IMG/VR virus record: IMGVR_UViG_3300026136_000008
DNA: 64,000 bases
Strand: one strand, 5' to 3'
From: a virus
Part shown: positions 16,930-26,685 of the stretch, in pieces
Numbering within the stretch: the stretch's first letter is position 1
How the letters are laid out: the number at the start of each line of letters is the position of its first letter
Notes under the pieces: model-generated
The model's database searches: none
What the model was told of the DNA's origin: nothing
Seen by the model: only the letters and a program-made list of their open reading frames with translations
Made by a program: the position numbers and the translations under genes

Positions 16930-18050
16930 AATGGGATCATATTTCCTGGCTTGCGTTTAGGTATCTTACTATCGGCTGAAGATACACAAGCACTTGTTGT
17001 ACATATCTTGGGTCCATCATATAACTTAAACCCAGTTTCTATTTGGCCTAATGGTTCATCATGGCAAGAATAACTTCTTTTGATTGTACCATCTGGTTCA
17101 CGTATAATAATACTTCTATAACCTGATGAACATTCCCATCCATTAAAGTTATTAAAGTTAAATGCATTGAATCTTTCTGCCTGATCCATATACCATTTCT
17201 TACCATGCTTATCTGTAAATTCTATTTCAAAGTGAGCAGGTACTTTACCATATCTATTATCTACTGCTTTGTTTCTCCACTTATAATGTGGTCTATCAAC
17301 TTTAGATTTTTCTTGAGTGTATGCTCGTTGTGGCATTCCTTTATGTAAAACTGCTAATTGTTCATCTGTATATCCATCTACAACAAATGAAGCGGTAGGA
17401 TCTGATTGAGGTTTAAGTGTTACATTTATATCTCTGCTATGAAAGTACAATGCTTCCTCATAAAATTTCTCAAAGAACTCAGGCACCATAACTATATTAA
17501 TAGTAACTTGTATATTATGTTCTTGACAGAATTCTAATTTGTCTGCAAATTCTTTTACCTTCTTTGGTGTGTTTACATGTTCTCTATGATAAGAAGCTGT
17601 AATCGATACACGATGCATATCTTTAGATGCTTGATAATATTCCTCGAACCATTTTAACGGTCGAGAAATATTTGAGGTCATGTGAAGTGAGTGAAAATTA
17701 CATCTGCTAACATCATCATTGAGATGACGTACAATATCCAAATACTGTGGATGAAAGGTTGGCTCTCCACCAGAGAGGCTAAAGTGGAACGAATTAAACC
17801 CCCTTTCCCTTGCTTGTCTTTTAATTTCATCTATTGTTCCTATAGTTGCTTTAAGTGGTCTATGGTCTTTCTTATCTGATCTTGCATACGGCCAGCAATA
17901 AGAACAGCGGTAATTACAGAATCTTCCTAGTAACCAAGATACTGTAAATGTATCTCTATCCAACATAGAACGTGTACCAAAATGTTCTATATCATCAAAA
18001 GGTATTTGACCGAAGTCATATTCACTCCACTTTAATTCTTTTACTGCCAT
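16917..18050 (-). CDS. Radical SAM protein with C-terminal SPASM/twitch-type Cys cluster
   Basis: CNYRCSYC, SGGEPT, C-terminal CSSG...C...C...C. Confidence 0.9.
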   Translation of the reverse strand: MAVKELKWSEYDFGQIPFDDIEHFGTRSMLDRDTFTVSWLLGRFCNYRCSYCWPYARSDKKDHRPLKATIGTIDEIKRQARERGFNSFHFSLSGGEPTFHPQYLDIVRHLNDDVSRCNFHSLHMTSNISRPLKWFEEYYQASKDMHRVSITASYHREHVNTPKKVKEFADKLEFCQEHNIQVTINIVMVPEFFEKFYEEALYFHSRDINVTLKPQSDPTASFVVDGYTDEQLAVLHKGMPQRAYTQEKSKVDRPHYKWRNKAVDNRYGKVPAHFEIEFTDKHGKKWYMDQAERFNAFNFNNFNGWECSSGYRSIIIREPDGTIKRSYSCHDEPLGQIETGFKLYDGPKICTTSACVSSADSKIPKRKPGNMIPLWTQ

Positions 18051-19090
18051 TGTGCTGCAAATGGGTCAAATGCTTTATTACATTTAAGAGCACAAACCTT
18101 TAATCGGTTAGGCCCAACTTCCCATGCTTCCTCTATTGAATTAAAAAATGTATTTATAATTTCTTCTATAGGTGTAGTGATTGCATTAATATCGTACTGA
18201 TCTATGTGTTCCCATATCTGTGCTTCACCTGGTTTTTGCCACCATTTATACATTTGTCCTGCTGTCCAACAACAAGGGAATACAAATCCCTCAGCTGAAA
18301 TATAAATCTCTTTTTTCTTTATGCATTTAGGCTCTATGTCAGCCACATCCAGATAAGAATCCATAGAACCAAACTTCCTAGTAATCTCATCAAATGTTGT
18401 GCTTGCCTTGTTCTTAAAGCGTTCCATAGTAGGTGGCTCCAAGAGTTGTGTGTGTTGCTCATGTCTGTCCTGTGATTGATGTGAATCTTTTTTCTTTAAC
18501 GTTGCACTAGAAATATATCTACCTGATTTCTTTACACTAAATGTTTTAACACCTAATGTCTTTGACCATAACTCAGCCTCTTCAAGCTGATGTTCGTTAT
18601 GTTTAAATACTAAGAATTCCCACTTCGCGTTACCACCTGCTTCACAAAAGGCGGCCATATTTTCTTCTACTTTATTCCAACTAACACCTTGTCTATACAA
18701 ATGATTAGTGTCATCTAAACCATCAACAGAGAATGTTACATGGTCTACAACCTTTGCTAACTCTCTCCACCAACCAGGTGTTCGTGCACCACCATTTGTA
18801 TTCATTGCAAGACGTATCTTCGGATTAACTTCCTTTAACCATTGGCATATCTCTAATGTTTCAGGTGCCATCATCGGATCACCATGATTACCACACATAT
18901 AGAGGTTCTCAAGCTGGCGTACAAAAGCTTCAGGCATCATAATCTTGACATCCATCAATGATAGATCAGCATTAGTTAAATGATAATTATCTTTACCACC
19001 ATTCACATTACGATCACACATTGGACATCTTGCCTGACACTTCTGCGTTGGCTCAAGATGAACCTGTTTTATATCTTCGTATTTGTACAT
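18041..19090 (-). CDS. Radical SAM/SPASM protein
   Basis: CQARCPMC, CGNHGDP, FSVDG, PKC...FPCC...CALKC. Confidence 0.9.
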   Translation of the reverse strand: MYKYEDIKQVHLEPTQKCQARCPMCDRNVNGGKDNYHLTNADLSLMDVKIMMPEAFVRQLENLYMCGNHGDPMMAPETLEICQWLKEVNPKIRLAMNTNGGARTPGWWRELAKVVDHVTFSVDGLDDTNHLYRQGVSWNKVEENMAAFCEAGGNAKWEFLVFKHNEHQLEEAELWSKTLGVKTFSVKKSGRYISSATLKKKDSHQSQDRHEQHTQLLEPPTMERFKNKASTTFDEITRKFGSMDSYLDVADIEPKCIKKKEIYISAEGFVFPCCWTAGQMYKWWQKPGEAQIWEHIDQYDINAITTPIEEIINTFFNSIEEAWEVGPNRLKVCALKCNKAFDPFAAQWQ

Positions 19091-19989
19091 TATACCCCTG
19101 GTTCAGTAATCCCTGGATAATATTTTAATGCTTCTTTAGGATCATTATTCCAAATATGAGCGGTAGCCCATTGTTTTTCTATACACCACCAACAGCGTTT
19201 ACATTCTGTTTTAAATCCATCTGTTCTTTCCCATGGTCCTTCACAACTTCTTGTTAATGGACCAAGCTCTAATAATAACCCATACTTTTTATATAAAGCT
19301 AGTACAATTCTTTTATCATCGTGTATAAACGGAAGATTTTCAAAGAACTTATAATTAGAAACTTTTCTACCTTGATCACACAAATCATCTATTGCTTTTT
19401 GATTCCACTCTTTTCCACATAAAGCTTTTGCTTCAGGTCCAAATTCATTATCAATAATTGGAAGGTGTATCTCTTTAATTTCTTCTTCATCCCAACCAGC
19501 AGTATCATCATCACGATTCAAAGCTCTTTTTTCCCATGCTACACCCCAATATTGTTGTTCATGTTTTGATGGATTTAGTGTTACACCGTTAAATAATTTT
19601 GTTATTTTCCAATCATAAGCCATTTCCCATGATAATTCTGTACCATGATCCACATATTCTATTGAATTGGCTACGCTAGTTCTATGCTCTCCAAATTCAA
19701 CATTAGGGAAAGAATCTTTTACAAATTGAATAACTTTCTTTGCGTGATGAACTTGAAAAGGTCTTTCGTCAAGGCAGACCGACCATTGATGTATTGTTGT
19801 ATCCCAATTATTTTTATCAATATGATATGCAAGTAACCACAATAACATGGCTGAATCCATTCCACCTGACATGCCTATTCCGATATGTTTATCTGATTTA
19901 TCAATATTTAATTTTATATTATATGTTTTTTCATGAGGTATTGTTTTTGCTTTACCTCTTCCGTATATTACTATATTTTCCTCAATCAT
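19090..19989 (-). CDS. QueC-like PP-loop ATP pyrophosphatase
   Basis: MSGGMDS; LPFIHDDK; LTRSC...CKRCWWC zinc motif. Confidence 0.75.
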   Translation of the reverse strand: MIEENIVIYGRGKAKTIPHEKTYNIKLNIDKSDKHIGIGMSGGMDSAMLLWLLAYHIDKNNWDTTIHQWSVCLDERPFQVHHAKKVIQFVKDSFPNVEFGEHRTSVANSIEYVDHGTELSWEMAYDWKITKLFNGVTLNPSKHEQQYWGVAWEKRALNRDDDTAGWDEEEIKEIHLPIIDNEFGPEAKALCGKEWNQKAIDDLCDQGRKVSNYKFFENLPFIHDDKRIVLALYKKYGLLLELGPLTRSCEGPWERTDGFKTECKRCWWCIEKQWATAHIWNNDPKEALKYYPGITEPGV

Positions 19990-21146
19990 TAACTTAGCCT
20001 CTCGCTTAATTCAACATTTAGTTTTGAGCACCGCTTTGTGCAAACTTTTAATTTAGGCATGACCTCATCGTCATACGAATTAGACCAAGATTTCTCTAAG
20101 TCTTCTGTAAAGAATGGATGATTTACTATCTCATCCCATGTATGATAATTTATATTATTCCAATTCTCGTCATAGTTATCCATAAATCTTTCCCAAGCAT
20201 GTTTATCACCTGAGTTTAATCTTGTCCAATAGTTATAATTAGACTGATGCCAACAACATCTATATACTCCACCATCGTGTGATATTTGCCACATACCATT
20301 TTCAGACCATTCACATACTATACCAGATTTTTCTTTTGCATTATCTAGATTCTGTTCTACACTTAAAGCAGGATTAATCTCAACATCTTGTATGAGTGTC
20401 TTCGCTTTTTCTGCCACCTCATCTAAATTACTCTTAGGTGATAAATTGATTTCTGCATCACGCATATCTTTATAATCTGCATCTTCACCTTTCATAGCTT
20501 TAAAGATGGCTAACTTACTTGCTACTTGTTCTATTCGCTGTACTCTATCTCTATGAAATTCTGCAAACCCATATTCTGTGGCTAACTCTTTTGCTCTTTC
20601 TTCTAGTGGTTCATTAAATTCAAATGGAATCATTTTCCAACATGCAGTACCACCCGCACCTATAAATGCTTTTGCATTTGCAATAATCTTATCAAAGCTA
20701 GTATTGATTCTATACATTTCTTGTGTTTCATTATCGACACCATCTAAATCAAAAAAGATTTTATGACGATCTACACCATCAACAGTAGGTAAATGCTCAC
20801 TTAATATAGCACCAAGTTTTGCCCACCATTTTGGATTACGCATAGATGCATTAGTAGATATAGTAAGCATCTCTATATCTTTCTTTGCTGCGTATTCTAT
20901 CATCTCTAGAAATTTTGGATGAAGAGGAGAATCACCAAATCCACCATCGTATGATATATACTTTAATGGAGAAGCCTCATCAAGTAATTTGTTATGAGCT
21001 TCTAATGTCATATTAATATTTTTTGGCGGACCGCCAATTTCATCTGTAACAGAATTAATTACTTTATGGCGTATACACCCAGGGCATTTTGCCTGGCAAT
21101 TTGATGTAACCTCTATGGTTAATTGATCTAATCTATTATCAAGCAT
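19989..21146 (-). CDS. Radical SAM/SPASM protein
   Basis: CQAKCPGC, GGFGD, C-terminal C...YRCC...CTKRC. Confidence 0.88.
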   Translation of the reverse strand: MLDNRLDQLTIEVTSNCQAKCPGCIRHKVINSVTDEIGGPPKNINMTLEAHNKLLDEASPLKYISYDGGFGDSPLHPKFLEMIEYAAKKDIEMLTISTNASMRNPKWWAKLGAILSEHLPTVDGVDRHKIFFDLDGVDNETQEMYRINTSFDKIIANAKAFIGAGGTACWKMIPFEFNEPLEERAKELATEYGFAEFHRDRVQRIEQVASKLAIFKAMKGEDADYKDMRDAEINLSPKSNLDEVAEKAKTLIQDVEINPALSVEQNLDNAKEKSGIVCEWSENGMWQISHDGGVYRCCWHQSNYNYWTRLNSGDKHAWERFMDNYDENWNNINYHTWDEIVNHPFFTEDLEKSWSNSYDDEVMPKLKVCTKRCSKLNVELSERLS

Positions 21147-22317
21147 TTACATAATCCCATATTTTAGGAGCCATCTCTTTTGCAGATACATCATATAATT
21201 CATCTTGTAGTTTTACTAGTTCTTTAAACTTATATGTATCTATTGTTCTTTTACCTGTCAATCTCTTTAAGAATTCTTTTGTAAAATCATTTTCATCTGT
21301 ATTTGCTAACAAATGAAGCTTGACATCTTCTTCAAGATTTACAATATCCATAACCTGAGGCCAATGAACAAATGTAGCTCTTATATTTGCAGGTGTATCA
21401 ATTGAGTCTCTTATATCACACAAGTCTTTATATATTTCATTCATATAAAAAGCCTGATATGATGATGTAGTACACACAAATAAAAACTTAGTTACATATG
21501 GTGCAATCTCTTTTATATTATTTATAACTGTTTGGTAATCTCCCCCAGTTCTAAAGTAATTAAACAGATCGCCTGTGCCATCCATAGATACTGTTACATT
21601 TACACCTTTAAAATGCGGCCAAAGATCTTTAACATTATATCCTTTATATTCTAAGATACTCATATTTGTATTGTATATAAGTTGAATCTTTTTCGTATCA
21701 ATGTTTGGATCATCTATCATTCTATGTAAGTGTTTATACATATCTCGTGTATAGAATGGTTCACCACCAGAAAATTCTATTCCTTCTACTCCACGCGGTA
21801 TAACATTTTTAAATAAATCATCAATAACTTCAGTAGCCGGAACAGGAATCTTTTCTTTAGGTGTAGATATATGTGTGAATTGAAAATCCTTTCTTAATTT
21901 TGTTTCTATCTCAGGGAATTGTCTACCAGTTAATTCGAATCTTGAATTAGATGCTGTGTCACAATGTCTACACTGATAGTTACAAGCTCGGGTTGCTTTG
22001 ATCTGTAAATCTTTTATATAGATATTATCACTATCATAATCAGGTTCAGATATATGAGCAATGTCTAGTGATCGTGTTCTATACGAAGATACTCCAGCCT
22101 CTTCTTGTATTTTACAATCTATACAACCATTTGGAAATACACCATTACGAAGTTGCTGACGAACCTTTACAAAGTCACTATTATTAATTACTTCAGAAGG
22201 AAGTTTATCACTACCTGATTCTACAAAGTCATGCCTTTTAAAACGAAAGCATGGAGCATATCCACCTTTCTTGAAGTCTAAATGACCCCAAGCATATTTA
22301 CATTTTAGCATCCCCAT
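21139..22317 (-). CDS. Radical SAM protein with N-terminal twitch-type domain
   Basis: CKYAW...PC...CIDC; CNYQCRHC; SGGEPF; VSMDG. Confidence 0.88.
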   Translation of the reverse strand: MGMLKCKYAWGHLDFKKGGYAPCFRFKRHDFVESGSDKLPSEVINNSDFVKVRQQLRNGVFPNGCIDCKIQEEAGVSSYRTRSLDIAHISEPDYDSDNIYIKDLQIKATRACNYQCRHCDTASNSRFELTGRQFPEIETKLRKDFQFTHISTPKEKIPVPATEVIDDLFKNVIPRGVEGIEFSGGEPFYTRDMYKHLHRMIDDPNIDTKKIQLIYNTNMSILEYKGYNVKDLWPHFKGVNVTVSMDGTGDLFNYFRTGGDYQTVINNIKEIAPYVTKFLFVCTTSSYQAFYMNEIYKDLCDIRDSIDTPANIRATFVHWPQVMDIVNLEEDVKLHLLANTDENDFTKEFLKRLTGKRTIDTYKFKELVKLQDELYDVSAKEMAPKIWDYVNA

Positions 22318-23543
22318 CCTTCTTCAATAAACTCAGCAAGCTCAGGATTATAATCTTCTAATTTTGAATCATAATATTTATCTAAAGCAACAATCTTTTC
22401 TTTGAATCTTGCCCATCGTTTATGGTTATACTCTTCTTTTTTAAATAATTTATGTCTTTGACTATCAAGTTTTAACATAGCATCATCTGACATCTCGACT
22501 TTACTCCATTCTTCTTCTAACCAATCTAAATATTCAGCGGGCGCATAATGAGGACAATAGTCACCATCTTTTACTATTAATCTTGACACACTACACTCTG
22601 GATAATTCTCAGCAAACCATACTATATCACCAGCTAATCCATTTAAATTTAATAATGAATATGTTGAATGCACATGATGTTTAACCATTTTATAAATTTT
22701 AGAATGATACCATTTATAAATTTCTAATGTCTCTTTCCAACCAGGAGAACCCCAACGTTGATATGAATTATAATCATTGCACCCATCTAATGAGCAAGTA
22801 AGAATAATTTCTTTAAATAAATTTAACTTATCTATTATTCGTTCATCGACTTTATTTGTACAATTACTTACAATCTCAAGTCTTAAATTTTCTGGTTTAG
22901 CTTCTTCTATTAAATGATCTAATAGTTTTTCAAAATTAGGTGAATAAAATGGTTCACCGCCAAGGATTTTAAGATGCTGTAACTCGGACCAATCTACACC
23001 AAGAGATTTAATAAATTCAATTCTTTGTTTAGGAATCTTTGTAGGTTTTCTACTTCCAAGATTAGTTACTTTATCATTATATACAAATTCTACGTTTATT
23101 AGATGTTCATCTCTTCTATATAAATTACTTGAAAACATTGAGTCACACATCTTGCATTGAAGATTACATATATTATCAAGGCTAATTTCCATGCCTTTTA
23201 AACCAATAAAATTTTCATCTAAATTTTGTAAGTCTAATCTATAGTCAGTATTAGCTTGTCCTCGCATAGACATAGGTTGCATTTTATCTGGGTAAGATGC
23301 TTCATTTAAATAACATTCATTACATTCTTCTATCTTTTCACCAGCAAGCATCTTTACTCTCATCCATTTAAATGCATCTTCTAAGGTATCATTAGTATTC
23401 TCACCGAGTTTTACAGTGCCTCTACCACGCAGACTAATACCACAGCATGGTCTTAAAGAATTTTCCATTGTTACAGTAGTATGAACCCAAGGATACATGC
23501 ATACTACACCATTATCTTTACCATCATAATCGTATCTACTCAT
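22305..23543 (-). CDS. Radical SAM protein with N-terminal twitch-type domain
   Basis: CMYPW...PCC...CNEC; CNLQCKMC; LGGEPF. Confidence 0.9.
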   Translation of the reverse strand: MSRYDYDGKDNGVVCMYPWVHTTVTMENSLRPCCGISLRGRGTVKLGENTNDTLEDAFKWMRVKMLAGEKIEECNECYLNEASYPDKMQPMSMRGQANTDYRLDLQNLDENFIGLKGMEISLDNICNLQCKMCDSMFSSNLYRRDEHLINVEFVYNDKVTNLGSRKPTKIPKQRIEFIKSLGVDWSELQHLKILGGEPFYSPNFEKLLDHLIEEAKPENLRLEIVSNCTNKVDERIIDKLNLFKEIILTCSLDGCNDYNSYQRWGSPGWKETLEIYKWYHSKIYKMVKHHVHSTYSLLNLNGLAGDIVWFAENYPECSVSRLIVKDGDYCPHYAPAEYLDWLEEEWSKVEMSDDAMLKLDSQRHKLFKKEEYNHKRWARFKEKIVALDKYYDSKLEDYNPELAEFIEEGWGC

Positions 23544-24669
23544 TTATTATATCCTCAAATCTGTCATCTAAATCTAATATATTTTGATTTCTAATTTTAT
23601 CTTGTTTAGCTACAACATGTTTAAAAGCATAATTCTTTTCTTTGTCAAATTTGCTGGCTTGTAAAATACTAATAGCTTCTTCAGCTTCTAGAGTTTTTCT
23701 TCTCCATACTTCACCCGTTTGCTGATGTCTATCATCATAATTTTCAATCCATCTTTTTAACCAGGCTATTTGATAATCTTTATATTCATCTGGTATAGCA
23801 TCAAGATTATATTCTACTGGCCAAAATACAACACCAAAGAATAATGGAATATTAAATTCCATCAGCTCATCCCACCATGTATCAAGCACTGGCATATTAA
23901 TAGCAGTAGCAGTTAATTGAATTTGTAAATTCTTAAAATGCTTTTTATATTTCCATATATTTTGTTTAATTTCATTCCAATTACTTTTATGTCTTTGGTA
24001 TTCTTGTACAGGGCCTGCGGCATCAACAGATAAAGTTATTTCAAGTTTGCCAGTAATAGAGTGAAGCTTATTAAACCATTTATCAGATGCGTTAGTTGCA
24101 TTAGTAGTTATACCAACATACATATCAAGATCTTTAATATGGTCAATCCACTTTCTTATTTCTAAATCAATAGAAGGTTCACCGCCTAATATCATAAGTT
24201 TTTTACAATTAGACAAATCTATATCATAAGCATCTGAAGTATCTAAGTGCATTACTTCAACTCCCTTTTCTTCTTCAATCAAGCTAGATGCACCTTCCCA
24301 ACACATGCGACACATTAAATTACATTTATTACCTGGTCTATAATCGAATCTTACTACTTTGTTTTCACTATTGAAGTCTGCAGGATAACCTTCGTATTTC
24401 TGTCTTCTTGATAAAACATTAGGAATATTTCTCTCTTCGGTATTAGTACACTCAATACATGCCGGATGAATTTCATCTTCATACATTAACTGTTTAAAGT
24501 CTTTTAAGTAATCAGAATCCTTATAGTCTGTATATGTACCTTTAAAAACATCACCTTTCCATTCACAGCAGGGTTTACATCCTACTGTACCTTCATAAGC
24601 TAAGCCTAGCCAGGGTGCTTTACAATATGGTTTAGTTCGCATCAAACATTTCTCTGTATTGTGGTACAA
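23536..24669 (-). CDS. Radical SAM protein with N-terminal twitch-type domain
   Basis: CKAPW...PCC...CIEC; CNLMCRMC; LGGEPS; likely start ATG 24642. Confidence 0.9.
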   Translation of the reverse strand: MYHNTEKCLMRTKPYCKAPWLGLAYEGTVGCKPCCEWKGDVFKGTYTDYKDSDYLKDFKQLMYEDEIHPACIECTNTEERNIPNVLSRRQKYEGYPADFNSENKVVRFDYRPGNKCNLMCRMCWEGASSLIEEEKGVEVMHLDTSDAYDIDLSNCKKLMILGGEPSIDLEIRKWIDHIKDLDMYVGITTNATNASDKWFNKLHSITGKLEITLSVDAAGPVQEYQRHKSNWNEIKQNIWKYKKHFKNLQIQLTATAINMPVLDTWWDELMEFNIPLFFGVVFWPVEYNLDAIPDEYKDYQIAWLKRWIENYDDRHQQTGEVWRRKTLEAEEAISILQASKFDKEKNYAFKHVVAKQDKIRNQNILDLDDRFEDIINE

Positions 24670-25969
24670 TATCTCTTATATCTTGACCTCGTATCTCATC
24701 TAGTTGATTTGTTATATCAATGAAGCCTTGTAAATGATCTTTAGAATAATCTTCTGATTGCATGAATCTTATTGTACTATCTAATACTTGATAGAAATGT
24801 TTTTTTACTTTGTCTGAATAGTCAGTACCTTTCATCCATTCTTTATACAATTCATAATGATCTTCTACGTCATCTTTCAACATTTGAGGAAGTACTTTAA
24901 TGTTATAATATTTTGGTGAGTGGCACATATGCTGAGTTATAGTCGGCCGTAAACCATCAATAGGATTATATCTGTCTAATCCACTCTCTTCTAATTTCCA
25001 TTTAATAAACTCAGGCATATGATATACATTATATGGTGTAACAGTAAATGTAAACCAGCATTTTAGATTTACATCACGATTGTCATTTAGCTTTTTCATA
25101 TGGTTATACACGGAATCCCATTTAGCTGGTGTACGTTGATAATCAAATACAGCTCCATATCCATCAACAGATGCACCTACACGGATCTGTTTAAACTGTG
25201 ACCATAACTCCATGTATTTGTTTGTTACATTTGTTAGATTAGAATTATATTCTATTTCGATATTATGCGCATTACCACCATCAACTAATCGTTGTAAACT
25301 CTCTTCGTGTTCTTTAATAATAAGAGGTTCACCGCCGACAATATAAAGTTTTTTTGCTGTATGTGCATATTTTTCAAAGTTATCCCAGTAAATAGGAGCA
25401 TCTTTAAACCAATCATATTGATCAGTCGTCCATTTACCTGTAGGAGTTTGATGTAGTTCTATACGAGTGTGAGTATCTTTATATGTTGTTGCACCACTTA
25501 GTTTAACATAATCAGGATACCACATATGAGAATCTGTTGGTCCACACATTCTACATTTAAGATTACAGAAATTACCATAACGTATATCAAAGAATTCAAT
25601 AAGTTGTTTATCTACATCAAGAGTTCCATCCTCCATTGTGATTGGAATAGCTGTTTCTTTTTTTATTTCCCAATCGTTATTCTCATATTCTCGACGAGAT
25701 GGAATACCATTAATCTCTTCTTGTCTACAGCGTTCACATTCAGGATGCCATTCATCTTTTAGCATAGCTGCACGAACTTCCTTTAATATGTCAGCGTTCC
25801 TTGCCTCATTAAAGTCATCTTTTCCAGCGTTATATATTGTACCATCTTCCTTACGCATTATACCTTTTTTAGGTGAATATGAATTTGTATTACAACAAAT
25901 CCTCATATCACCATTATTTCTTAGGTTAATAGAGTTCCAAGGAAGTGGACAGAAGGTATCTTTTTTCAT
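24632..25969 (-). CDS. Radical SAM protein with N-terminal twitch-type domain
   Basis: CPLPW...ICC...CERC; CNLKCRMC; VGGEPL. Confidence 0.92.
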   Translation of the reverse strand: MKKDTFCPLPWNSINLRNNGDMRICCNTNSYSPKKGIMRKEDGTIYNAGKDDFNEARNADILKEVRAAMLKDEWHPECERCRQEEINGIPSRREYENNDWEIKKETAIPITMEDGTLDVDKQLIEFFDIRYGNFCNLKCRMCGPTDSHMWYPDYVKLSGATTYKDTHTRIELHQTPTGKWTTDQYDWFKDAPIYWDNFEKYAHTAKKLYIVGGEPLIIKEHEESLQRLVDGGNAHNIEIEYNSNLTNVTNKYMELWSQFKQIRVGASVDGYGAVFDYQRTPAKWDSVYNHMKKLNDNRDVNLKCWFTFTVTPYNVYHMPEFIKWKLEESGLDRYNPIDGLRPTITQHMCHSPKYYNIKVLPQMLKDDVEDHYELYKEWMKGTDYSDKVKKHFYQVLDSTIRFMQSEDYSKDHLQGFIDITNQLDEIRGQDIRDIVPQYREMFDAN

Positions 25970-26012
25970 ATAAATAAACTTATGTTAATCAATTTATTAT
26001 TATTTATATGAA
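25965..26012. promoter_or_regulatory. 13-bp inverted repeat holding two face-to-face late promoters and both start codons
   Basis: TTCATATAAATAA (25965-25977) and TTATTTATATGAA (26000-26012); TATAAATA at 25969-25976 (+) and 26001-26008 (-). Confidence 0.7.
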
Positions 26013-26685
26013 TTATAAGACTACTAAAATAGAAATACCAAAGACTGGAAATTTACTTTTGTGGGTATCTGGCGGACTTGATTCAGCATTAGGATTATAT
26101 ACTATAGCTAAACATATTAAAGAAAATAAACTAAAGAATAAAATTGTTGTAGCTACATGGAAAAGAGACGCAGATGATAATCCTAAAAAGGGTAAACCTG
26201 CTAAAGATTGGAATGTTACCCACGCTAAAAAAGTTATGACATGGGTTGAAAAAGAATTAAAATTAACAAAGACTCAGAAGTTTCAACATATTATTGTAGA
26301 TACTCCACCTAAAGATGGTTTAAGAATTGATAACGATCAATGGCAGAAAGTATTTGATGATAATAAAAAGAAATACAAATTAAAAGAGTGTTACGGATTT
26401 GTTACTAAAAACCCATCTAGACCTGTTATGATAGAACATGATTTATATACTGATGATAGACCTGCTTATAGAGATGGTGCAAAAAGATATCATCCTGAAA
26501 AACCATTTCAAAATCATGATAAAGCTTGGGTAGCCCGTTGTTTTGAATCGGAAGGTTTAATGAAAGGTTTATTTCCTTTAACAAGATCTTGTGAAGGCCA
26601 GGCAGATGAAACAAAAAACTTTACTAAACCATGTAAGAAATGTTGGTGGTGTAAAGAGAAATACTGGGCTTTTAAACAGTATTAA
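26008..26685 (+). CDS. QueC-like PP-loop ATP pyrophosphatase (only plus-strand gene in the island)
   Basis: VSGGLDS; PFQNHDK; LTRSCEG...CKKCWWC. Confidence 0.75.
   Translation: MNYKTTKIEIPKTGNLLLWVSGGLDSALGLYTIAKHIKENKLKNKIVVATWKRDADDNPKKGKPAKDWNVTHAKKVMTWVEKELKLTKTQKFQHIIVDTPPKDGLRIDNDQWQKVFDDNKKKYKLKECYGFVTKNPSRPVMIEHDLYTDDRPAYRDGAKRYHPEKPFQNHDKAWVARCFESEGLMKGLFPLTRSCEGQADETKNFTKPCKKCWWCKEKYWAFKQY

Noticed and set aside
16917-26685. 7-deazaguanine DNA modification cluster (queC/queE)
   Set aside because: No folE, queD or dpdA here; the radical SAM proteins are long SPASM/twitch types, not QueE; gene symbols were withheld
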